A DNA stretch of 64,000 nt from a virus. The stretch covers positions 64,001 through 128,000 of the IMG/VR virus record IMGVR_UViG_3300042090_002485; one strand, given 5' to 3'. Positions 1-9,500 of the stretch are shown piece by piece. A program made the translations under genes and the position numbers. Every line of letters starts with the position of its first letter. The stretch's first letter is position 1. The notes beneath the pieces were generated by a model. It worked only from the letters and a program-made list of their open reading frames with translations, was not told the DNA's origin and did not search any database.

Positions 1-1
1 C

Positions 2-439
2 TACGACAACGCTGACATCACTCGGCTCATCCGGCAGGACCTGGCACGCCAGGGTATTCGGGCCGCCGATTGCGCGGTGAGGTACAGCAAGGGCGTCGCG
101 CATGTCGACGTAGAGGTGCAGCCAGATGACGACGTAGCCGCCGCGCCGCCAGTCGTTGTCGCGCCGTCGATCGAGCAGGCCGCCGCCCTGCCGCCGCGCA
201 ACCTCGACGTCAACCTCGAGCGCGAACAGGAGCGCGAACAGGAGCGCGAGAGGATGCGTGAGCGGGAGGCCCGCCGCCAGCCGAACCTCGAGGCTATCGA
301 GGGCGGCAACAACCCGGCTGACTTCTCGGATGTGATGCGCGCCTCGCGAAGCATCGAGCGTCAGGGCGGCGGGATGTTCCCGCCGAGCCAGCGCCAGTTG
401 ATGGATGGCGAGTCCTTTGACCCGCCGGGAGACCGCTGA
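2..439 (+). CDS. Hypothetical protein, 5'-truncated by the window edge
   Basis: Frame open from position 2 (YDNADITRLIRQDL...). Stop overlaps the next ATG at 439. Charged EREQEREQERE tract. Confidence 0.6.
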   Translation, partial: YDNADITRLIRQDLARQGIRAADCAVRYSKGVAHVDVEVQPDDDVAAAPPVVVAPSIEQAAALPPRNLDVNLEREQEREQERERMREREARRQPNLEAIEGGNNPADFSDVMRASRSIERQGGGMFPPSQRQLMDGESFDPPGDR

Positions 440-1368
440 TGCCTGTTGGAATGGAAGAAGTCGAAGAGATCCTCGATCCGTCGTTCGAGATCCCGCCGGA
501 CCTCGAGCCGGATCTGATCGATATGCTGCCGCGCGGCTACCTGTCGCCGTCGCAGGTCGCAATGTTCCTCAAATGCCCCCACTCGTGGGAGCTGGCCTAC
601 GTTCACGGCAAGCCGAAGAAAACGGTCGCCCGGATGTTCCAGGGCATCTTCGTGCACAACGCTGTCGAGACCGTGCTTCGCGAACGCCTCGTGCAAGGCA
701 AGCTGCCGCCGATGGATGCGGCGTTCGCGGCGTTCTCCGATTCGTTCGACAAGTCCAAGAACCTCATCGAGGACTGGGAAGATGAGAGCGAGGGCGCGGT
801 CAAGGACACCGGCATCAAATGCACGAAGGCCTACTACACCGAGGCCGCGGTCGACGCGCACCCGATCGCCGTGGAGAAGACGTTCTCCGTTGTCATCAAG
901 TCGTCGGACGGCAAGGTCCGACTGCCGATCTTGGGGCGCATCGACTCCATCCAGGTCCAGGCGCACTCCGAGCAGGAGTACATGGACATTCGCGAGAAGG
1001 TCGCGGCTGCGGGCGACGAGGCGTCCGTCACCAAGCCCAAGCGCGTCCATGACCTAAAGGTCACGACGGACAAGTGGTCGCAGTCCGACTTGGACAACGA
1101 CCTGCAGTTCGCGATCTACTCTGGCGTGGAGCACGTCCCGGACGTCCAGGTAGACCAGATCGTCAAGGGCCGGGCGAAGGAGCCCAGGCCGCGTTATGAG
1201 AAGCTGACGACAGTCATGTCGTCCAGGCAGGTCGACCACGCGGTGAAGGTGGTGGAGGGGGTCGCGAAGTCGATCGGCTTGGGCCACTTCCCGATGACGG
1301 ACCCGGGCAATTGGTGGTGCTCGGGCAAATGGTGCTCGATGTGGGCGCATTGTCGCGGCAAGCAGTGA
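439..1368 (+). CDS. Cas4/RecB-like PD-(D/E)XK nuclease (copy 1)
   Basis: LSPSQV..FLKCP N-terminal motif, GRID...DLK catalytic motif, QFAIY, and C-terminal C-x4-C-x5-C completing a 4-Cys Fe-S-type set. Confidence 0.85.
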   Translation: MPVGMEEVEEILDPSFEIPPDLEPDLIDMLPRGYLSPSQVAMFLKCPHSWELAYVHGKPKKTVARMFQGIFVHNAVETVLRERLVQGKLPPMDAAFAAFSDSFDKSKNLIEDWEDESEGAVKDTGIKCTKAYYTEAAVDAHPIAVEKTFSVVIKSSDGKVRLPILGRIDSIQVQAHSEQEYMDIREKVAAAGDEASVTKPKRVHDLKVTTDKWSQSDLDNDLQFAIYSGVEHVPDVQVDQIVKGRAKEPRPRYEKLTTVMSSRQVDHAVKVVEGVAKSIGLGHFPMTDPGNWWCSGKWCSMWAHCRGKQ

Positions 1369-1401
1369 CACCAGCAGGTCGAGCGTGATACGGAAAGGTT
1401 T

Positions 1402-1785
1402 ATGTCGCAAGCACACGCGCAGAAGCCCAACCAGACCCCGCAGACCTCGAACGCCGGCCAGCCCAGCATCGGTGCCGCTGCCGCAGCTGCCGCAGCCGCC
1501 ACCGCGAAGCCGACGGAGGCCAAGCCGGACGCCAAGCCCGAAGAGAAGACGGACACCAAGCCGGACAGCGCTACGACCGGCACCGCGACGGGTGCTGCAG
1601 CCGATGCCGCCAAGCCCGAGAAGAAGGGGCCGGCGCGCAAGCTGCTCATCATCGTCGGACAGGTTCACGAGTTCGACACGCCGGCCAAGGCCGAGGCCTT
1701 CTTGAACGGGCCGGATGCCCCCAAGGAGTTCCAGGTTTACCGGGGCAACGCGATCTCGACCCGGCGCAAGGTCTCTCTGCGTTAG
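1402..1785 (+). CDS. Hypothetical protein with Ala/Pro/Lys low-complexity N-terminus
   Basis: 127-aa ORF with genome-typical codon usage and GGAAAGG upstream. Confidence 0.7.
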   Translation: MSQAHAQKPNQTPQTSNAGQPSIGAAAAAAAAATAKPTEAKPDAKPEEKTDTKPDSATTGTATGAAADAAKPEKKGPARKLLIIVGQVHEFDTPAKAEAFLNGPDAPKEFQVYRGNAISTRRKVSLR

Positions 1786-1794
1786 AGTCAGGGG

Positions 1795-1953
1795 ATGGAG
1801 AAGTACGGCGTCGACGTTGATCCGGCCGCGGTCAAGCAGGCTTCCCAGGAGCCCGTCCAGGCATGCCCGTCCTGCCAAACGCCTCTCCGAACCGGCACCA
1901 ACGTGCCAACATGTCCAAAGTGCGGAACGCGCCCGTACGAGCAAAGCGAATGA
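1795..1953 (+). CDS. Small zinc-ribbon protein (52 aa)
   Basis: Manual translation MEKYGVDV...CPSC...CPKCG...; below the ORF-track cutoff; ATGA overlap with the next gene. Confidence 0.6.
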   Translation: MEKYGVDVDPAAVKQASQEPVQACPSCQTPLRTGTNVPTCPKCGTRPYEQSE

Positions 1954-2192
1954 GCCGCCGCCGCGGTGCACGCAGCGGCGTTGCGCTGCGCGTTGCTACG
2001 GACATCGCGTCGCGCTATCGCGACATCAAGGCCGCGTGGCTCGCGGTTCACAACGACCCGACCCGTTCGGTCGACTCCCTCGCCGCCGAGTTCTTCTTCA
2101 TGGTCGGCGACATCATGGAGGGCCGTCCCCTCCGCACGCTCAAGTTCACCAACATCAACCGCGACCGCGCCCTCGCGCACGCGGAGGAGTGA
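1950..2192 (+). CDS. Hypothetical protein (80 aa)
   Basis: ATG at 1950 overlaps the previous TGA; part of a coupled + strand run. Confidence 0.6.
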   Translation: MSRRRGARSGVALRVATDIASRYRDIKAAWLAVHNDPTRSVDSLAAEFFFMVGDIMEGRPLRTLKFTNINRDRALAHAEE

Positions 2193-2197
2193 TCTAC

Positions 2198-2350
2198 ATG
2201 CGTACTGTCACGTCGGCGCGCCTTCGTGCCGTCGGTTTCCTATTGGTTGAGGCCGCCGGCCTCGCCATCCTGCTGTGGGACCGCGTCGGCAAGGACGCGC
2301 CCGTTCGCGCGGCCGTACTCGGCTTCGTTCGTCGCTTGAGGGCGATCTGA
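2198..2350 (+). CDS. Small hydrophobic protein (50 aa)
   Basis: GGAGG upstream, hydrophobic GFLLVEAAGLAILLW, TGA overlaps the next ATG. Confidence 0.45.
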   Translation: MRTVTSARLRAVGFLLVEAAGLAILLWDRVGKDAPVRAAVLGFVRRLRAI

Positions 2351-2865
2351 TGACGGTCAAGACGCTCGACGAGCTAGCTGAGATCGACACGGACGAGACG
2401 TTCGACTTGCCGCTGCCGCTCACGGTCACGTTCACGCTGACCGAACACACGTCGCCGGGCGCGTTCAAGAACCTCGCGACGCTCAAGCGCCTCGGCATCG
2501 ACCTGGGCGAGGCCTTGATGTCGGTGCTTGCGGTCGCGCCGGTCGACCCGATCAACCTGGCACGGACGCTCCTTCAGCACGACCCGAGCACTTGGAAGTT
2601 CGCGCCGCACGACTGCGCGTTCGTGCGCGTGCTGGCGCGGGCGCCGGACAAGAGCGTCGCGGCTGCGCTGCGCGTCGACCTCATCGGCGGCGACCTTGTC
2701 ACGCTCGTGCAGAACCGGGCGAGGCAGCTGACCATGTACGAGACGCTCGCTATCGAGCCAGGCCCGGACGTTGAGAAGAAGATCCAGGCGCTGTGCGACC
2801 GTGCCGTTGCGGCCGCCGCACGTGAGAGCAAGCCGCCCGTAACATCAAAAGGTTCCGAAACATGA
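2350..2865 (+). CDS. Hypothetical protein (171 aa)
   Basis: Start at the TGATG overlap; ATGA overlap at the 3' end. Confidence 0.65.
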   Translation: MTVKTLDELAEIDTDETFDLPLPLTVTFTLTEHTSPGAFKNLATLKRLGIDLGEALMSVLAVAPVDPINLARTLLQHDPSTWKFAPHDCAFVRVLARAPDKSVAAALRVDLIGGDLVTLVQNRARQLTMYETLAIEPGPDVEKKIQALCDRAVAAAARESKPPVTSKGSET

Positions 2866-3248
2866 ATCGCAACAAGCACACCTTTCAGTTCAGCGGCTCC
2901 GCCATCGCGGAGGCTGCTGGGCGCGAGGCCGAGTACCACGGCGTTCGCTTGGCGTGGTGGACCGCCGAACAAGACAAGGCGACCCGCGCAGCGAAAGAGA
3001 AGGGCATCGAGATCCGTGAGTACGATGTCACGGGCGGCAAGCGTGCCGAGATGGTGATCGACGCGACGCTGCAGGGGCGTCTCACCGAGTGCGCGAACAA
3101 GATCTACGCACACCGTAAGGCAGCCGAACAGTTCCGCATCGAGGCAGGTGCGTACGCCGCTAACCCGACACGTGTTTACGAACTAGACCCAGAGGATGTC
3201 GTCTACTTTCGCTTGGCGGGCCTCTCGGCCAGTCAGCGCGAGGACTAG
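2862..3248 (+). CDS. Hypothetical protein (128 aa)
   Basis: ORF coupled to the upstream gene; converges on the sigma gene. Confidence 0.7.
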   Translation: MNRNKHTFQFSGSAIAEAAGREAEYHGVRLAWWTAEQDKATRAAKEKGIEIREYDVTGGKRAEMVIDATLQGRLTECANKIYAHRKAAEQFRIEAGAYAANPTRVYELDPEDVVYFRLAGLSASQRED

Positions 3249-4333
3249 CTGCCCATCGCCGCGAACACGGACATCGGTTCGATGACCATGCCGACATGCG
3301 AGTGCAGTTCGCCGCGGAGCCGGCGCATCGCCTCAGCTTGAATGCGACGGACACGCTCGGGCGGCAGCGCCATCGTGCGCGCCACGTCGTCGGGGGCAAC
3401 TAGTTCCCCCTCAGGCCCAAAGCTGCGCTCGATCACGGTGCGCTCGAGCAGCGGCAAGCTCGTCACCGCCCCCATCACCAATTCGCGGTGGAGCAGGCGC
3501 ATGCCCGAGACCTTGAGCTGGCGGACACGCTCGGAGCACATCTCCATCATCGACGCGATCTGCACCAGGTTGCGGGCCTCGTCCTTGACGCCGAAGCACA
3601 AGTTCAGGACGGTCTGCTCACGGATGGGCAGGCGCGCGATGGCCTCGCGGACCAGTCCGCGGAGGCGTTCGGCGTCGTAGCTTGCGGTCGGTTCGGCCTC
3701 GGGCAACTCGGGCGTGTTACGCGCTGCGTCGATCGGCGTTACGACGCCCTGCGGCAAGCCAGGTTCGCTGGCCGCCTCGAGCAGGCGGATCTGCTTCTCG
3801 ATGCGCTCGAGCGCTGGGCCCTTGGCGGCCTGAGCACGCTCGCGTAGCTTGGCGAGCTTGGCGTCGGCGTTCTCGGCGTGCTCGGCCACCTTCTCGGGGC
3901 CGTGCTCCTGTAACGCGGCGCGATGCTCGCGGGCTTGTCGGCGCTGCAGTTTGTGCTTGTGTGCTGGAACGTGGACCAGCGACGCCATTGTGTAGTCCTG
4001 GTTCGACATCTCCTCGTAGATCCACCAGCCGGCGTAGGTCAGGAAGCGGATGTATGGTTTGCGGTTGGTGTCGAACTTGTCGGCCGCTTTGAGGAGGCCC
4101 AGATTGCCCGCGGCGATGTAATCCTTCACCGCCTCGGGGTCCTTGGTCCGCTTGTGCGCCATCTTCACGACGAAGCGAAGGTGCGTCTTCACGATGGCGT
4201 CTCGCGCAGCGACGTCCTTCCGCAGCTGCCACCGGCGCAGGAGCTTGCGCTCTTCTCCAGGGTCATCCACGAGCGGCGCTCGGGCGATTTCGGCGTAATA
4301 CGCGGCCGATACGCGCTGTGCGTCATTGCCCAT
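3245..4333 (-). CDS. RNA polymerase sigma-70 family factor (RpoH/RpoD-like) with two tandem region-4 domains
   Basis: Region 1.2 YYAEIARAPL; region 2 HLRFVVKMA, GNLGLLKAADKFD, FLTYAGWWI; two region-4 HTH copies (LPIREQTVL..SERVRQL and LPLLERTVI..PERVRRI). Confidence 0.9.
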   Translation of the reverse strand: MGNDAQRVSAAYYAEIARAPLVDDPGEERKLLRRWQLRKDVAARDAIVKTHLRFVVKMAHKRTKDPEAVKDYIAAGNLGLLKAADKFDTNRKPYIRFLTYAGWWIYEEMSNQDYTMASLVHVPAHKHKLQRRQAREHRAALQEHGPEKVAEHAENADAKLAKLRERAQAAKGPALERIEKQIRLLEAASEPGLPQGVVTPIDAARNTPELPEAEPTASYDAERLRGLVREAIARLPIREQTVLNLCFGVKDEARNLVQIASMMEMCSERVRQLKVSGMRLLHRELVMGAVTSLPLLERTVIERSFGPEGELVAPDDVARTMALPPERVRRIQAEAMRRLRGELHSHVGMVIEPMSVFAAMGS

Positions 4334-4513
4334 GCCTGGTCACAAGCTACCCCGGCACGGACGAGCAATCAAATAGTTCGATGGGGTTCTAGTGGTGGTC
4401 GTTCGATCCCCAGCCGCCCCTAGGGTCACGAAACTTTCAGGCGATGCTTGCCAAGCAAACATCGTCGTCGATAGGGTGGCCTTCCACCCATCATCATACA
4501 AAGGCATTTTGAC

Positions 4514-5563
4514 ATGAACGATACCGACACCACCGAGTCCCCCGAGACGCCCGAGACCACCGTTCTGGCAGCCCCCGCCGAGGTCAAGCCGGTCAAGGTC
4601 AAGCCGATCAAGCCTCACATGGGCTTGGCCGCAGCGCAGGCCGACCCGGTCGACCTCGAGAACGCCATCGTCACGCGCCGCGACAAGCTGTTCAGCCTCG
4701 CGGACGATCAGACGCTCCCCGAGCCGGTCCGCAAGGCGGTCGCGGACCTCGCGCGCGCGGCGTCGCCGACCAAGCCCGGCCTCGAGGAAGTGTTCACCTC
4801 TTGGAGGGCGCCGCGCCTGGTGATCCGCCAGCCGACCACGCGGTCGGAGGCGTGCCCGGACTCGGCGAAGAACGGCGACTTCTACTCGACCGCCGGCGAG
4901 ATCGTCACCAACCCGCTCGAGGTCATTCCGCTCTACTTCCACGAGGAGAACATCAACTTCGCCGACAACCAGAAGAACCCGATCTGCTCGTCGCCCGACG
5001 CCAAGCTGGGTTCGCCGTTCGGCGAGTGCCTGAAGTGCCCGCACCTGCCGTTCGGCAAGCAGAACAACGGCAAGGGTGACCAGGTGCAGACCCAGTGCAT
5101 CAACAACGGCGTATGCGTCGCGCTGACGGCTGACCTATCGCAGGTCTACGTCATCCAGTTCGGCAAGACGTCGCGCAGCGCTGGGCACCGACTGCTCCAG
5201 CTCGCCGGTGCCAAGACGCTGGTGTGGGCGCAGAGCTACAAGCTCAGCACCGAGAAGAAAACCAACGACTCGGGCATGTGGTGGTTCTACAAGGTCGCGG
5301 CGACTGGCACGAACACGCCGGCGCACGTCGGCAAGCTCGCCGAAGCGCTGTACTCGCTGTACGTCGCCGAGCGCCGGCTGATGCTGCACCACCACTACAG
5401 CCGCCCGGCGCAGGCGCCGCAGGCTGCGATCGAGGCGGAGGGCGAGTTCGCCGCCGGCGCGATCGAGGCCGGCCTCGCGGGTGAGGTGGGCATGGAGCCC
5501 AACTTCGACGAGGCGGCGCCCGCGAAGGCGCCGAGCGCGCGCGGCGCCAGCAAGCCGATGTAG
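4514..5563 (+). CDS. Putative ssDNA-binding/annealing protein (Cys-containing core, acidic tail); function inferred
   Basis: PRLVIRQP, GDFYS.AGE, ICSSPD..CLKCP..C motifs and acidic/Ala C-terminus; sits upstream of an exonuclease and primase. The CDS is secure, the function is tentative. Confidence 0.5.
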   Translation: MNDTDTTESPETPETTVLAAPAEVKPVKVKPIKPHMGLAAAQADPVDLENAIVTRRDKLFSLADDQTLPEPVRKAVADLARAASPTKPGLEEVFTSWRAPRLVIRQPTTRSEACPDSAKNGDFYSTAGEIVTNPLEVIPLYFHEENINFADNQKNPICSSPDAKLGSPFGECLKCPHLPFGKQNNGKGDQVQTQCINNGVCVALTADLSQVYVIQFGKTSRSAGHRLLQLAGAKTLVWAQSYKLSTEKKTNDSGMWWFYKVAATGTNTPAHVGKLAEALYSLYVAERRLMLHHHYSRPAQAPQAAIEAEGEFAAGAIEAGLAGEVGMEPNFDEAAPAKAPSARGASKPM

Positions 5564-5626
5564 CTGCCGCGCGCTTGTGCGCGAACACGCGAGACCAAGG
5601 AAACGTAGAGCCTGGGGATAAAGCGA

Positions 5627-5722
5627 GGGGCAGGTCGCTCCTGCACCGTTTGAGCAAAACAGGTCGATTGGTCGACGCCCCGAACAAACGTGACAGCTCG
5701 GAGAGACGGCACTTTCTTTTTT
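5627..5722 (+). ncRNA. Candidate small structured RNA (cloverleaf-like junction, 3' hairpin, U-tract)
   Basis: GGGG(C) 5627-31 / GCCCC 5677-81 encloses hairpins GCAGG/CCTGC, GTTT/AAAC and GTCGA/TCGAC. A hairpin at 5690-5712 is followed by TTTCTTTTTT. The region is intergenic. Confidence 0.4.
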
Positions 5723-5752
5723 GGCCGCGGGTGCGGCGGCCTGAGGTAGTCG

Positions 5753-6574
5753 ATGCCCTCCTTCACGGTCACGCCGCTCGCCCGCAAGTTCGGCCCTTGG
5801 TCGTTCTCCAAGATGGAGACGGCCGAGTCGTGCCCGGCTCAGTTTGGGCACAAACACGTGACCAAGACGGCCGCGGCGCCGGCGCCGTCGGACACCAAGG
5901 TCGGCATCGTCGCGCACGCTATCCTGGAGCGCCGCATCAAGGGCGAGCAGGACAAGGACGCACGTCGCGCCGCCATCGAGAAGGACCCGCTCACCACACA
6001 GGAGCAGGACTCGCTCAGGACGCTCGGCGAGGCGATGGACGAGTTCCTCAAGCGCTTCGACGTGTTCTGCAAGCGTGAAGGCGTCACCCGCGTGTTGTGC
6101 GAAGAGGACTGGGGCTTCACCGAGACCTACGGCAAGACCGGCTTCTTCGACAAGGATGTCTTCTTCCGCGGCAAGCTCGACCTCGGCGCCATCACGCGCG
6201 ACAACGACCTCTACCTGATCGATCACAAGTCGGGACGGGCCAAGCCCCTCGACCGCGACCAGAAGAAGCGGCAGCAGCTCCAGGCCTACGCGGTGCTCGC
6301 CCTCGCGAACCTGCCCGACGTCGCGGGCGTGCGTGGCGGCATCAACTTCTTGCAGGGCGACGAGAACCTCCGCCTCCAGTTCAACACCTACACCCCGGCT
6401 GACCGCGTGCGTGCGGTGTTCGCGCCGTGGTTGTACATGCGGATCAACGCGGCCGCCGAGAACCTTGAGGGACCCCTCGAGGCCCGTCCGGCGACGCGAT
6501 GGCCTTGCGCTTGGTGCCAGTACCAGGCGGTGTGTGAGCCCTACAAGAGGATGATCGCCAATGCCGAAGTTTAA
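5753..6574 (+). CDS. Cas4/RecB-like PD-(D/E)XK nuclease (copy 2)
   Basis: WSFSKM..AESCP, RGKLDL..LIDHKSG, QLQAYA, C-terminal CAWCQYQAVC (C-x2-C-x5-C). Confidence 0.85.
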   Translation: MPSFTVTPLARKFGPWSFSKMETAESCPAQFGHKHVTKTAAAPAPSDTKVGIVAHAILERRIKGEQDKDARRAAIEKDPLTTQEQDSLRTLGEAMDEFLKRFDVFCKREGVTRVLCEEDWGFTETYGKTGFFDKDVFFRGKLDLGAITRDNDLYLIDHKSGRAKPLDRDQKKRQQLQAYAVLALANLPDVAGVRGGINFLQGDENLRLQFNTYTPADRVRAVFAPWLYMRINAAAENLEGPLEARPATRWPCAWCQYQAVCEPYKRMIANAEV

Positions 6575-9500
6575 GAAGCCCCTCGACGCCAAGGACGCCC
6601 TCAATCGACTCGATCGCATCTGGAACGACGTCGACCTGACGGCGTGGGCGGCATGGCTCGCCGAGGTCAAGCCCGACGCGCGGTTCTTCACGTCTGGTCC
6701 GCACGTCAAGGGTCGCTGCCCGTTCCACGGCGACACCGACCCGTCGTTCGTGGTCACGCCGGGCAAGGCCATCGCACGCTGCTTCGGTTGCCACCGCGCG
6801 TTCTGGAATCCGATCCACCTCGTCGCCGAGCTGAACGGCACGAGCTGGGCGGAGGCGTTGCTGTTCATGAAGAAGCGGTGGGGCCTGTCCGCCGCGATCC
6901 CCAAGGCGCTGTACGAGACGTTCAAGGAGCGCGAGGAGTACGCCAAGCTCAAGGAGAAGCTCATGCGGTATTTCGCCGAGCTGCTCCACGAGTGCCTGTC
7001 GTCGTATGCGCGCAAGTCGCTCGATGCCGACGGCAAGAACTGGTCGCGGCCGACCGTCGAGTACTTGCTCGACCGCCGGCTCGGCGAGAACGGGCTCAGC
7101 GAGCTGGTCGCGCCCGGCCAGGAAAGCAACGGCGAGTTCGATCAGTACGGCGTGCTGATGACAATGATCAACACGCACGCGCTCATCGGCATTCTGCCGT
7201 CGCTGGGCGACGTCCGCGCCAAGTTCGGCGACGGCTCGGAGGAAGCCAAGTTCTTCGAGAGCTACTTCGCCGACTACATCAACGGCGCGCAGTACATCGG
7301 CTACCTCGTGTTCCCGTACGACGACTCGCCGACGACGCTGTGCCGGTTCAAGATGCGCGAGCCCATGAAACCCTGCAAGAAGCAGGTGTGGGTCAAGGAC
7401 AAGTACGAAGACGAGAACAACGCGTTCCACGGGTTCTACGGGCTGCGCTACTACCGCACCTACCTGACGCTCCAGGAGCACGGTGACAACGGACCCGAGA
7501 AGGGGTTCCCCGCGTACCTCACCGAGGGCGAGTTCGACGCGCTCTCGGCGATCGCGCAGCAGATCCGCCGGTCCAACGACGATTACATGGCGCTCGGCAT
7601 GAGCGGCGGCGGCGCACAAGGCTTGGACTGGTTCGCCAAACTCAACGTCCTACGCATCAGGTTCCTCCAGGACCGCGACCACGGCGGCAACAAGTTCATC
7701 AAGCAGGTGCTCGAGAAGACCCACAAGAAGGTCTTCGGCGTTCGCGTGTTCAACTGGCCGGACGAGTACGTGGATTGGAAGGACCCCAAGCGGCCCGACG
7801 CGCGGATCAAGGACGTCGACGACGCCATCCGCGAGGTCGGCTACAAGCGCTGGGTCCGCTACGTCACGAACGACGATATGTACGACGCGGTCGAGAAGTG
7901 GACCTACGACCGGGCCTCCGACGCGATCGAACAGCTCCACGTCCGCGACGTCGCGTCGATCAACCGGACGGCCAAGGAGTTCGGTGCGCTGCTGCGCGAC
8001 GAACAGGTCTGCCGCGCGTTCTGCACGATGGTGGCCGACGGCTTTGGTCTCGACGGCGCGATCCTTCACCGCGACATCTTCGTCAAGGAGGACAACGAGG
8101 TCGAGTTCACCAAACGGATTCATGCCGCGGTGCTCGAGCACTGGCATCCCATCGGCATCCAGAATGCGGAGGGCCGCAAGCGCCTGCTGCTGATGTGGCA
8201 CAAGACGTCGAAGACGACGTCGTCGGTTGTGCTTGGCGACGAGCGCGCGGCCGAGACATTCGTCGCGCCGCACTTCGGGCCGATCTACGACTTCATCGCT
8301 GCCACGGTCAGCGACGCGATGTTCCTGGTCGGCGACGATACCGACCTCGAGCCGGCCTTCAACGTTACCTCCCGCGCGAAGCGGTACTGCGAGTACTTGA
8401 AAAACGCGCTGCTCATCGCAGCGAAGGGGCTCCCGTCAATGGACCACGCTCCCACGCGCGCCCAGGGCGTGCACATGGCCCGTCACGCGGGCGACCAGAT
8501 GCTGTCGTACATGATCAACGGCCGCGACGTCTACGTGCTCAAGCACGACGGGCCCGCGTTCACGGCGACCGCGCTGGACGGACCGAGCCATGAGGGCTTC
8601 GTGTTCCAGAACACCGGCAAGACGTGGATCGAGTCGGTCACCAAGGCTGAGGATCTGCTCGCTGACGTTGACCTGGTGGCCCTGTTCCATCGCGTCCGCG
8701 ACATGATCGACTCAGGGTGGACGTTCCGCTACCAGCAGCTCGACTGCATGTTCCTGGCGGCCTACGTCATGAGCCTCGCCGTGATGACCGTGTTCACACG
8801 GCAGACCGCCGTCATCCTCAACGCCGAACACCAGGCCGGCAAGAGCCGGTTCACGTCCGGCTTCGTCGGCGGCACCGGCTTCGGCCGCATCAATGTCGTC
8901 GCGCACGCGCTCGCGATGCAGGGCTATACCGCCGCGTCGATCCGCCAGCAGCACAGCGACACCAGCCTGTGCCTGTGCCTGGAGGAGTTCGAGGACTACG
9001 GCGGCAACGACGCCAAGTCGATCGCGGTGCGCAAGGTACTCGAGCTGACACGCGACCTGATCTCGGAGAACGCGGTGAACTGGTCGATCGGCACGGCCAC
9101 CGGCGAGAGTCGGACCTACCGCCTGCGGTTTCCGCTGATGACGTGCGCCATCCGGCCGCTGCGCGACGCGGCGTCGCTGTCGCGGTTCATCCGTTTCGAG
9201 CTGGTCAAGGACGACGCTCGCATCGACCCGGTCGACGCGCTGGTCGGCAAGTTCGGCGAGGACCTGATCAAGAAGACCCGCCACGACATGTTCGTGGGCG
9301 TGCTCCGCCACATGTTGACGCTGCGCAAGACCCAGAGCGAGGTCGGGACGGAGTACTCGTCCAACACGATCCTGCCCGCCCACGCGTCGTCGCGGTTCCG
9401 CGAGGCGCTCGTGCCTATCCTCAGCATCCTGCGCTTCATCGGTGAGCTGGCGGTCGCGTCGGGGCGGCCGGAGCTGGCGCCGGACTACAAGAAGTTCGCG

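Noticed and set aside
218-250. 12-bp tandem repeat GAGCGCGAACAG (2.75 copies)
   Set aside because: In-frame coding repeat (EREQ) in a charged helix; too short for an array.
4383-4424. tRNA-like GTTCGATCCC sequence in the sigma/SSB intergenic region
   Set aside because: No proper T-stem, D-arm, anticodon arm or CCA; only a short imperfect hairpin.
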